From: Chara braunii
Lineage: Eukaryota; Plantae; Charophyceae
Direction: 5' to 3'
Assembly: GCA_003427395.1 (NCBI GenBank)
Contig: BFEA01000037.1
Location: 2,180,085-2,240,347, forward strand
Length of the DNA: 60,263 nt
Part shown: in pieces, positions 39,546 to 50,581 of the stretch
Layout of the letters: each line of letters opens with the position of its first letter
How positions within the stretch are numbered: position 1 is the first letter of the stretch
Notes under the pieces: generated by a model
Told to the model about the DNA's origin: nothing
Databases searched by the model: none
The model's input: only the letters and a program-made list of their open reading frames with translations
Program-made: the position numbers and the translations under genes

Positions 39546-41520
39546 ATGGGAGACGTTAATGGGACAGAAGGACAGCGGTCCATAACTGCAGCCGAGATCG
39601 CACGACTACTGGATAATCGGAATGTCAAAAAATCTCAACTGCCGAGGATAAAAAAAATTCCCTTCAAAGGAGAACGGGGTCTCAGTGGCTATGGAACATG
39701 TCTTCAACCGACTAACACCAACAAAAAAGTTCGCTCAATTATTTGAGTATGTATGGTGGGAGTTTCGTCCAGAGATCGAGAAGATTGTGGCCGATGCCTA
39801 AAGGAACTGGACTGGTTCCAAGAAAGAGATGCAATGAAAGTATGAATTGGGGGACGGATTGTTAACAATCGACCAACTTCACAACATCGACTGGAATGAT
39901 TTCACTACGATAGGGGCGTTTGCAACAACCTTCGAAAAAATGGCGGAACGAGTTTCGGGATTTTCAAAGGAGATGCAGTGTGTTATTTTTCTGGAAAAAA
40001 ATTCGGGTTATGAGACTATGAAACTAACTCGTGAATAAGCGACGGGGGGGGAAACATTTTGGGAGATGATAAAAAGAATTTATTGTCTCGGGATTTGGAT
40101 CAGGTATTCCACCATCAGGTAAAGATGGAAAGGAAGAGAAGGAAGGAAGTATGTGTTATCCAAGGAGCAGATTCGGCTCTAGGAGGGGTGTTAAGTAGTG
40201 TAGTAACTCAACTGAAGAAATTAAAGAATAAAGTGGAGTCAGAAAAAGTAATGGCAGTCGGACAAGCGACAAACAAAAGGAGATACGGAGAGGAAGATGA
40301 AGGGAATAAAGAAGGGGAGAAACCTGAGCAGGCAATACAATCTAAGAAAACCCAAAAGCAAAACCAAAATCAGGCATCGAGGAAGCAAGGAGCTGGAAAG
40401 GGGCAAGATTCGCAGCAAGCTGTGATACCAAGTGTTCCAAGAACACCAACCCCTTCATCTCAATTTGGACCTTGGTCGATCGTGGCTCCTATGGGGGTTT
40501 GGCCTTGGCCTGGATACTACCCCGGGAATCAATTACCAGGTTTCAGACAAATAGGGATGTACCCAAACTTACCCCAAATGCAAGAAGTTAGGTTAGGACT
40601 ATCACAAGGCCGAGGAACAGATGACAGTCAATCACAACACGCTCTGCCGCCACAAGATAACCCAGGGAAAAATCAGTTTCAAGGGCAAGGATATGGATAT
40701 GGACATGGTAGAGGGAGAAATGAAGGAAGAAGAAATGGTCAAGGAGGAAGAGGATTTGGAGGAAGACGAAACGGCGAACAAGGAGGAAATTGGGGCAATC
40801 AAGGAGGAACTCAGTCTGGAAACTACAATCAGGTGAGTTTCAATCAGATTGGACAATGATACAATCAAGGTTATGGTTAGGGCTATGGTCAGAGCTATAA
40901 CCAGAACTATGGTGGAGGTTTTGGTATGAGTGATGGACAGTGGAACGGTCAAGGGTCAGGAAGAGGATGTATAGACTACAGTGAGTGCACTTGTACGCAC
41001 TGTCAAATCACGAGTCATACAGTGAAAATATATTATGTTCGAAAGATGGATGAGCAGGACGGATTAATCACATCAATCATATATGGGGATGTATCCGATA
41101 AGCAAGGAAGACGGATTGATCCGAACATCCCCGGAGGAACAAGGAAGGAAGCACTCAGGGTTGCGGGGCTTGGACCCAGTGCCCCAGCCATGTTTCGTAT
41201 ATGGTAGGAGAAAGAGGATCCGTTTGTTCGAGTGGAAGACATAACCGAGTTAAGTGAACAGTTGGAGGAAGAGTTGAGGATAGATCAAAAGAGAGAAGAA
41301 ACTCATTTGATCGACCTTAAGCCTGAGGAGGAAAAAACGCCTAAGGAATCAACAAAGGAAACAATGAGAAGAATGAAAGATTTAATAGATACGATGGAAA
41401 GATTGAATACGAGGATAACAGGCATATGCGGAGAAGTTAGAGACTGAGAGATGAGGATTCCGCATGTATTCACTATGAGTCAAGGAAAAGAGGATGATGA
41501 GCTGAGAGTACCTAACCCCA
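39546..41520 (+). pseudogene. gag of element 2
   Basis: MGDVNGTEG..IPFKGER, NDFTTIGAFATTF, G/N/Q-rich tract, degenerate zinc knuckle CTHCQITSH. Multiple stops. Confidence 0.88.
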
Positions 41521-41699
41521 GAGCTATGAACCAGCTCAGGCTCCTTTGTCACCTCTGGGTGAAGCTTCTATTTATATAGAAGAAGATGAGGAAGATCAAG
41601 ATGAATTACCCAGGGGAGAAGAGGACAAATGCGCTGAACAGAGAGCCAAGAAACATAAGCAGGATATTAAGGAAGGAAAGGAAAAGACTGAGGAAAAAT

Positions 41700-42446
41700 C
41701 AAAGAAGAAGTAGAGGTACCAGACGTCGATTGAAGAAGAGGTAGATCTGAAAAATTTAGTAAACAAACTTCTTGAGGGACATAACGAGTTGTTGAATCTG
41801 AAGGAGATTTTGGCAACAACACAAAAACTCAGAGAATTAATTAAGGCCAAGTTGGCGCGAAAGAGAGTAGCGACGGTAAGGTTGGGAGATTTAATTCCCA
41901 AGGAGACAAATTGGACAATCGTTGGGAGCAAGATGGACTGGAAGTCTATAGGGACGGGATCCATTGATGTCAATATCAGAGGAAAAAGGTGCCCTGGGAT
42001 GGTAGATACTGGGGCAGAGATGAATATTATGAATTTGAAAACGATTGAAAGACCCGGGTTGAAAATCGATAAGAGAGATTGTGGGTATCTCAATGGGGCC
42101 AGTGAAAAGTCGGGGTTTTGCGTCAAATGTGATTGTGGAAGTAGGACGGGTCAAGGTCCACGCTTGCTTCTACATCATGCCTAACTTAGATCTTCCCACA
42201 TTATTGGGGAGATCATTCTTATCACGATCAGAGACCCTCATCATGAACGAGCATGACGGGACCATGTTCGTGATTCTATGTGACCCTGCATGTGGGAACT
42301 TCGAAGTCATTACCTGTAAAAATACAGGTCCCCACAGTTCAAAAAACCGCCTCGATGTTGGGTCATATACCTTTGAGGAATCTGAGCATAGAAGGAAGGA
42401 ACTAGAATGGGGGTCAGACGAGGAAAATGAGGAAGAAGAGAATTAA
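41700..42446 (+). pseudogene. Aspartic protease region of element 2
   Basis: MVDTGAEMNI and LLGRSFL. Frameshift near 42120. Confidence 0.9.
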
Positions 42447-42508
42447 GGGTTAGCATTGAGTTTGGCTAACATTGACCAAGCAATGTACATGGTCTTCGTG
42501 TATGAGCA

Positions 42509-43270
42509 GTGGTCCACTTGGATCTATTGACAATGTCATTCAGACTAGGGGGATACAACTATATCTTTGATGCCAGAGACAATCTTACAGGATTTGTTGA
42601 TGGGAAAGTCATCCGGACTAAGGCATGGGCAGTCTTGGCCGAGTGCATCAAGGAATATTACCTCCGATATCCCTTTGTGGTAGAATTCACGATGGACAGA
42701 TGATCGGAATTTACAAGCGGGGAAGTGAAGGAATTGTTTGACGATCTTGGAGTAATCGCCAATTATACAACCAGAGTTCATCCTCAAGCAAATGCACCAG
42801 TGGAAAGGGGGCATAGTACCATCATAAAATTACTAGCCAAATGGACAACTGGGAAGCTGAATCTCTGGCTAAAATTCATGTGAACTGTATTCTTCGTTGA
42901 GAACGTCATTGTCATTTGAAGAATTACTTGACATCAGGGCAAGGCAAGTCATTGTCACCGAAGAGAGGATTAAAAAAGCAGTCGAAAAGGTGACTTACAA
43001 CCGTGGAAAAAACAAAAAAAAATGGAACAGGCTTCCTCGGGTACGAGCTGAACCACTGGAAATCCGGGACGAAGTATTGTTGTATGATTTGTCCCTGGAG
43101 AAGCAATGATCAAGAAAGTTGAACAAGAGATGGTTGAGACCTTACAGAGTAAGGCGTCGGGGAATCATGAGGCCTACGTACTTGAAGAAATGGATGGGAC
43201 GCCAAGGAGGGACTGGATTTCTGGATCCAGGATGAAGAAATTCAAAGTAAGGCAAGATGTGAGTAGATAA
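42509..43270 (+). pseudogene. Integrase core/C-terminus of element 2 (RT, RNase H and Zn finger deleted)
   Basis: VHLDLL..YNYIFDARDNLTGFVDGK..FTMDR directly follows the post-protease linker. Confidence 0.9.
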
Positions 43271-44489
43271 AAAATAGAAAATAAAAAGAAAGATTAATAA
43301 TGGTATTGTAAAAGCTTTGTAATGACTTTTCCTTTGCGAATATTTTGTTGTTCCCTAGCTACTGACTCATCCTTTCACCTGTCACCCTCTTTCCTTTTCT
43401 ATGTGCAGGCGTTGTCGAGCACATCGGCCCCCGTGCGAACGAGGGTCCTCCCGACCACGTCACGCAAGATTTACACAATCAAACAAAAACACGGAGACAA
43501 CTTCGAGACGGCGTGAAATAGTTTCCACGAGCCGCCGAGGCGGTGCGCGGTCGCGTCGTCCCTTCGCCTATCTAGCCGAGTGCGCCAGTTGGTACATCCC
43601 GTGGTCCCCTACGACAGGATAGGTTCCCGCGGGGCATAAGCTTGCTTCTCTAAGGGGCTGTCACCATTCTCAGGGGCGTATCCCTACCGAGCTACTGACC
43701 CACATGCGAAATTTTTTTTACATGCAGTTGCAGAGGTGGGTCAGCCGAGGGCGTTTGCTCGCATGATGTAGTATAGGTATACGTGATTAAACGTCTGTTG
43801 AACATGGACGTCGTCCGTCACTTAGGGCGCCGATCTCCTAAGGATGAAGCGTATGCCGATCGACTACAGCGGTTTCACTCAAGTATAGAAACCAACAACA
43901 ACTTGTCTCTAGTCCCTTGCACATAATTTCCCCATACAAATACAGATATATATGTAATTTATTCAGACGAAATCACAAAAAATAATACACATGAAGTCAC
44001 TCTTTCAGCTCAACAATTATAGCACAATTCTTTAATAGGTTTGGTCTTACGAAAAAGGATCATGCTATCGTACTTTCCTACTCGTCGTCAATATGGTCAA
44101 CACATAAATTTCATTTTTCAAGCCTTTTAAGTTAAAGTCAAACTTTTTCCCAAGTCTGGATTTAGAACAACATTATGCCTACAAAAGCATGTCATGGGTA
44201 GCTTCTGCAAGTAAATACTACTGCTACCATGCAAATCAACAAGTAATCTGGTTCCTGGTCGAAGTTTGAACTCTCGGTTCGACCCCACCTCTGCTATCGT
44301 CTCATTCTTGCTTCTGACATGCGTCTTTACGTATGTGGTTACCCCTCAATGCATAAGCATGATAGTGTCATCATCGGGGTAATCCAGATACTATCCATTT
44401 GGCGGTTCTATCTACTTAATGTGTTTTTATTTTGTGTTTTATGATTATCTCGTGAAGTCATGAGTCATATGACTTCCTCAACAGGACAA

Positions 44490-45610
44490 GTCAATGCGTA
44501 GGTATTGTCTGAAATCCAAGTTGGATATCAGAAAACGGTGTCTATCCCAAGTAGATCTGCCGTCCTCCGCGCGCCTGAGCCTCCAATGAATCCAATCGTG
44601 GGAGCTCACTGTCATCGAATGTTAGGGTAGCCCTCTGTCCACCTCGCGTGACTTTGATAATTTGAGTGTCATAGAAAGAGGTCATCCGTAAAGGTAACCT
44701 CCAAACTATGACTCGTAGAGGCCGACTAAGTCCAAATAGATGTTAAGTCTCTGTGTCCTGGATCCGGACGACGCCGAAGCGTCTGCCGGACAAGGTAATC
44801 CTGATACTCATAATGACTCGGGAGAGACATTGGAGATTACTCGCACGGTGAAAATACAATGTGTACCTATAAAATTCCTCGGGAGTTCGAGGTGTGTTTC
44901 CCCGAAAATCCGCGCAAGTGCTAGGGAAAAATCCCTCTCCATTTCGGAGTAGGCCGATGAAGCCGATCCACTCGGTGGGAGAACCATCTCAAACTCGTAA
45001 AAGTTGCTCTGCTCTTCTGATGAGATCGTCCTCAAGCGTATCGCGAACCAGCACGTACCTCGGGATGGTCATGTCTCGTCGAGCTCCAGGCATCTGCGTG
45101 TCAGAAGAAAACTTCATCAGTTGAGTAATCGTTCCATGAGTTCATCCTCCTCATCGTGTCATGCATATTCTGAGAATGGTTCAACTCGTAGAATGATGAA
45201 CCTATTCGCCCATACTCGTCTTATGTGATATACGCCAAAGAAAGGACCCTGTTGTTCGTTTATCGAAAGTACGGTATAAACGAAAGTCAGCCTTATCTCA
45301 GAAATTTCGTCCATTCGCGGGTTTATCTCATATGGTTGCATCACCACTAAGTTCATGTTGACGACAATGCGAACTCATAGTGAAGGATGTCCAGTCCGGT
45401 TCTTGATCTGAAAATAAGTGGTCTAGGCGGGTTTTGCGGACTACCATCCCAGAACCATGGAACATCCTCCTCAAAATATAATTCATCCGAATTGAAGATG
45501 GTTCGCCCTACTCTCTCTAATCTTTCTCCATTACGTCTTGAGGACTCGGCCCATTCTGCCGCTATGTCACAATTGTGGAAAAGGTGACAGACCATCGTTC
45601 CTGCTGCCAT
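44490..45610 (-). pseudogene. Decayed ORF of unknown function inside LTR3
   Basis: Consecutive protein-like fragments 45353-45610, 45159-45356, 44808-45035. The ATG directly follows a TTCTTTTCAG acceptor. Confidence 0.5.
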
Positions 45611-46729
45611 CTGAAAAGAACGATGAGAGTAGTTATGTTAAATTTCGGTAGCTAAGACTGAGTATTATTCTTACATTCTTATTTCCATCGGTTCGTGCTT
45701 CTTCTGGCACGACCATCCTCGATAAAAGTGTCTAACTGCACTCGACGTAAACTAGTATGACACGAACTGGGCTGCTTGGCACCAGTTCCCCATGCGTCAG
45801 TGACTCTTAATATGGCCACCAAAAGGGTATACTACAATAGTTCTCCCTTACGCGATCCACTCCGAGTCGATAACAGGGCCGGCTCCTAAGGCAACGAACC
45901 CCCGCCTCAAATCCCTCATAGAAAAAGGAAAGGAATCTACCACGGTGAGCAAACGACCTCTTGTCGCCTGACGTCAAGAGCAACTTAGACGAAAAATTAT
46001 CACAGAAGAAAAAGTCATTCAGACGGACGAGCATAGATGGAGAGGGTCATTCGACAAAGAACTGGTGACCTTGGGAAAAATCTATGGTCATTCATGCTTT
46101 TATTCTTAGTGATCGTTTTTTTTTTTTTCGTCATCTTCTTCTTTCCATCTCGGTTCACCACATACATACAAATATAGAGGAGTGAGAGCAACCAAGTTTC
46201 AGCCATCTCATGGTCAACCCACTTCCATTTCAATAAGCCACACCTGCAGTCGGATCAAACGACAAGTTCAACAAAAAAAAAAACAATGCAAACCCAAACT
46301 CGAGTCAGACTCACACTCATACGCGCAAACACACATTTCCTCTACCTTTCAGTGAACATTCAAAGAGCAGGGTCGAGCAAAATGTGGTTTCACTCAGGCG
46401 TGAAAGGGTCTGAGTCAAACTGGTTGTCCACTGACCTTGAGTGAAGTTGTACGGCACACTCAAGAAGACCGTATAGAATTACGCCCCTTTTGACGAGAAG
46501 GTAATCGTCCTCAGTCGTCAGCAAAGTGATCAACACCACTCTCTTGCTGCGACCACCTGCCACATCACTCCCTCACTTACTTTTCAGTAAGTGTGGCTGC
46601 CAATTGCCTCCGCCGTCGCCACATTACTGCGTCATTAAGTCCACGCTACCTCAAAATACACCACTCTAGCGGCACCTTCACTGCGCCAATGCCCAGTCGT
46701 TGCTCAACGCAAAAATACCGCCAACACCG

Positions 46730-47200
46730 TTGTAAATCCTATGTCGTTGTTGTGAAAAAAATTCGGCAGCTCTTCCACACTACTGTCGTCAAACTTAGTG
46801 CTGTCACTGCAAAAATCCGGCAGCGCTTCCGCACCACCGCCGTCAATCTTAGTGCCGCCGCCGCAAAAATTTGGTAGCGCTTCCGCACCACCGCTGTCAA
46901 TCTTAGTGTCGCCGCCGCAAAAATTCGGCAGCGCTTCCGCACCGCCACTGTTAATCTTAGTGCCACTGCCACAAAAATTTGGCAGCGCTTCCGCACCACC
47001 GCTGTCAATCTTAGTGCCACCGCCACATAAAACACCACCGCTGTCAATCTTAGTGCCGCCGCTGCAAAAATTTGGCAACACTTCCGAACCACCGCCTCAA
47101 AACCTGCGTGGCCGCTGCAAAAGTTCGGCAACACTTCCGTACCACCGCTGTAAAACCTACGTGGCCGCCGCCTTGCCGCTGTAAACTTTTGGCAGCACTT
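46730..47200 (+). repeat. 54-bp GC-rich minisatellite
   Basis: CAGCGCTTCCGCACCACCGCTGTCAATCTTAGTGCCGCCGCCGCAAAAATTTGG units at 46821, 46875, 46929, 46983. Confidence 0.9.
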
Positions 47201-49101
47201 CCCCGCCGTAGTGGAAAAATGGCAGGCCAAAATTAGTAAAATTTGGGCCCCGGACCAAAATTTTCACTGTGCCGCATTGCCGCAGTCCCGCAGCGTCCCT
47301 GGCTCCGTCCCGTGGGACCGGCACCAGCCAGAGGGGAGGGGAACAGAGTGTTCCCTTCCTTGGCTATGGCTGCCCCGCCTCTCCTCTCGCTCCACTGCAG
47401 TCCTCCAGCCTCCTCCTTGAAGTCCTCAAGCAGCACCTCAACTCCTCAGCATTACTCAAGTGTGCACGTCACACAATTGACAGCACGAGTGCTTCTGTGT
47501 GGCAGCTGAGGACAGCTGCCTGTTTTATACTGGCTGAGGAGGGTTGGACGTCACTCCAGCTCCCAGGCAAAATCGCGGGCTCACAGTGAGCCCTTGATCT
47601 GACCAAGATCCAGGGCTAACTGTGGCCGCACCACAGCCACAGCCTTAGTGTGGGGCAGCTTCTTTAACTGCCCTATTTTATTTTCTTTTTTCTTTTTTCC
47701 AACTATCTCGGAATCTCGCGAGATGGCTGGGTTCCGGCCATTTCCAAATCTGTTTTTCTTTTATTTTTCTGATAAGGGGTTCGAAAGATACAACCCCTTT
47801 AAGTTTGATGTATTTGGACCTTTTTTCCAGGGCAGATACATCGGGGAAAAGGTTGTACCTAGCCTTTTCCTTTGTGGTCCTTCAATTTCCAGACTCCCTT
47901 AAAAGACGGGAGCCTGACTGTTACCTGCCAGAGGTAGCACCACGTGAGGACAAGTGTCCTCACACAAAATAAAGAGAAGAACAAAAGAAAAAAAATAAAA
48001 AACGAACTTTTAAATTTTGTTGCACCTGGCTCTAACCTCAGCCAGGTGCATGTTATTGCATGCAACAACTCTTCCACCTTTTGCTCTACCCTCCCCTGAA
48101 AACGAGGAGGGCATTGGTCAGTTTGGGAGGAGTAGGACCTCCTCCTCCCAACTCTCACGTCCCTCCTCCCTTCCTCTCTCCAACCAACTTCCTTTTCCCA
48201 CTCCCACGCGCACGCTGTAGGCCGCGAGATTCTAGATCTCACGGCCACTAATGTTCACACTAACCCATAGTGGGAGCTCATCTTGCTCTCATACAGTCGA
48301 AAAGACTGTTCTTTTGCTCTTTTGCCCCCATGAGGCAGTTCCCTCGTTTTTTTTTTTTTTTTTTTTTTTTTTGTTTCAGCGTCTGAGTTGGCGCCTGTTG
48401 CTCAAGCAACGGTGCCTATTCCTTTCTCTGAACGAGATAGGGGGGGGGTTAAAGTGTGGGAATGTGTATCTTCATGTTCTAGTAGGAGATTCATTCGATT
48501 TTGTTCATCCTATCATTCGACATTTTCGTGGGGCCAACCACAGGTAGGTTGGCAACCCCCTTCCCCTCTTTCTCTCTCTCCCTCTAAGAACCGCCCAAGG
48601 CGTGTGCAGAGAGCCCTTTCCGTCTCAAGTACTAAGTCCCAAAGCCTGCCCCGGATTTAGCTGCGTTATTGCGGCATATCCGTTCGTTTTTTCCCATCCT
48701 GGTAGAAGTACCCAGCCCGTTCGTCGAAACGAATGGGCACTTCAAAGAGTAGCAACAACAAAAAAAATCTAAAGAAAAAACAAATCTAAAGAAAAGAAAT
48801 CTAAAAAAAATATAACGAATAACAGAAAAAAAAAAAAAAAACTTACCTTCTTTTGCTGAACGGTCGCCCGTTACTTCAGGCGACTGCAGCCAGTCTGGGG
48901 ATATAAGTCCCCAGTTACTCCTCTTTGCGCCATGTGGCGCGCAGGGTGCAGGTTAGTTTTTTTTTTTTTTTCGCTAATAATAAAACCGTTGGCACTTGTT
49001 ATGTGCCCTCAAGTACATTTTCGAGCTCCATGTGGCAATGTTTGTTTTTTTCTTATTTATTTATTTGTATATATATATTTTTTATTATATTTTTTTCTTT
49101 A

Positions 49102-49143
49102 CTCGATTTATATGTGTCATCCTTGCGCAAGGGTCATGGTAAT
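49102..49143 (-). ncRNA. U6 snRNA-derived fragment (ISL and 3' part), not a full U6 gene
   Basis: ATTACCATGACCCTTGCGCAAGGATGACACATATAAATCGAG vs recalled plant U6 ATTAGCATGGCCCCTGCGCAAGGATGACACGCATAAATCGAG: 37/42 by hand. No ACAGAGA box. Confidence 0.85.
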
Positions 49144-49256
49144 GTCTACGCGGTTGTTCCCAGCCACTAGATCTTATCGATCGTACGGCCGGAAACGGCC
49201 GCGTCATAGAAACCGGGCTGCTCCAAAAAGAAGCTATGCCCAGAGGTGCGGTTCCT

Positions 49257-49318
49257 CCAATTCGATCCCGGTATCTGTCGGGTGACAGTCCTGTACCGTG
49301 ACCTACTGGGCTAGCTCC
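49257..49318 (-). ncRNA. tRNA-derived Pol III-like cassette in LTR3 (CTGTCAC, Asp-type loop)
   Basis: GGAGC TAGCCCAGTAGG TCACGGTA CAGGA CTGTCAC CCGAC AGATA CCGGG ATCGAAT TGG, homologous to 8000-8064. Confidence 0.65.
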
Positions 49319-49719
49319 TCAGTGATAGGAGCGGCTCTTCTATAAGAAGAGTTGCCCAGTCTCTATTCCCTCCTGTTGGGGCTTTGCAGGCCCTGTCTGC
49401 CTATGCTTCGCATGCCCACCCTACCTGTGGCCTAGTAGTCCCCGCCTGTCTGTGGTCTAGCAGGCCTTGCCGGCCGGTGGCCTAGCAGGCTCTGCCTGCC
49501 TGCCGCTTCCTCGTGGATGGCTGCCCAGCCAAAGCTCCAGGGCCACCCTGGCTCGAGGTCAACCCGACGGCCCAGAAACAAAACCTTGTTATTCATCTCG
49601 CGCCGTGACCCCATACCCGGCGCATCCCTCTTTTTAGCCCACTTAGGCCCTGAATCTCGTGGTTATACAGCCACGCGACATTATTTAAGGTAGAATAGGT
49701 CGAGCTTTAATCTTTCCAT

Positions 49720-50580
49720 GGTCACTCATCCCTGCGGTCTTGCCAAAACTGAGGATGAGTTGGAACTTTCCAATAGCATGTCTATTTCTTCAGACCAATT
49801 ACCCCAAACTTACATGAAAATTCGGACTTCGTCCGACATTGAAAATATAGGGCAGATACCCTTTGTCAGGGTTTCTGTCCCGATAACATTCCCAAGCCGT
49901 ATTGAATGACTTCCACATCATTCATTTTTATCCAATAACACAATATCAGAGGTGTTTACCAGGAAAGTTCTGGTAGGGAACCTCCTCTTTCCATCAATTA
50001 TAGGTTCAAATGATTGGTTTGATGCCTTCAATTTTTGTAGACTTCTTTTCGAATGGTTCCAGCATCATCGCACAGGCGGCCACTCAAAATTTTGTCTCTC
50101 AGAATGATACCAAAAACCCTCCAGCTAGATCCAACATAATCCAATCAATTGATACTACTATGTTCATTTGGGGAATTCCCTTAACTTTCGGGAATCTAAC
50201 CCGGGTCTCTTGAGTTTACGGGGATGCTCTTCACAACACCTCGACGTACACAACGCCGCCGGGAATTTAACTTGTGTCTCTCATATACACAAGGATACTC
50301 ATATTATACTAAGGTCAGGGAAGACATCAAAATAAAAGGCCTCAAGTATTTCATCATCATTCACTGAAAAATTTGCGTTTAACCTATTTCCCCAAATGAT
50401 CCAGGATTAACCCCGAACAGGTCTTTCAAAAATGTATCAATTTCTTAGAATTTAACCATTCATGAAAGAAATCATCCATCCACTTCTTCCTGTCATTCAT
50501 CCAACAGTGTGAGTTCATCCTTCTGATACTCGACAACATATCAAGCAGAACTATTCTGACTCTGATGTGATTAGCGTCGA
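49720..50580 (-). pseudogene. Possible decayed coding sequence, unidentified
   Basis: Minus-strand protein-like fragments (RIVLLDMLSSIRRMNSHCWMNDRKKWMDDFFHEWLN) broken by stops. No motif recognised. Confidence 0.3.
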
Positions 50581-50581
50581 G

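Larger units (their letters stand above)
28482..43412 (+). mobile_element. Ty3/Gypsy LTR retrotransposon 'element 2', internally deleted, interrupted at both ends
   Basis: LTR end ...CGCACAACA at 35811, PBS, two accessory ORFs, gag, PR and IN, all homologous to element 1. Confidence 0.88.
43413..49680 (-). repeat. Third related LTR (LTR3) inserted in 3' region of element 2; right boundary uncertain
   Basis: Starts TGTCG right after GTGCAGGCGT (sequence shared with element 1 at ~8916-8925). 43672-43780 matches the U5 core of LTR1/LTR2. CGCGACA at 49680, but no TSD seen. Confidence 0.65.

Noticed and set aside
49102-49143. Functional U6 snRNA gene
   Set aside because: Lacks the 5' stem-loop, the ACAGAGA box, an intact AGC triad and the terminal U tract.
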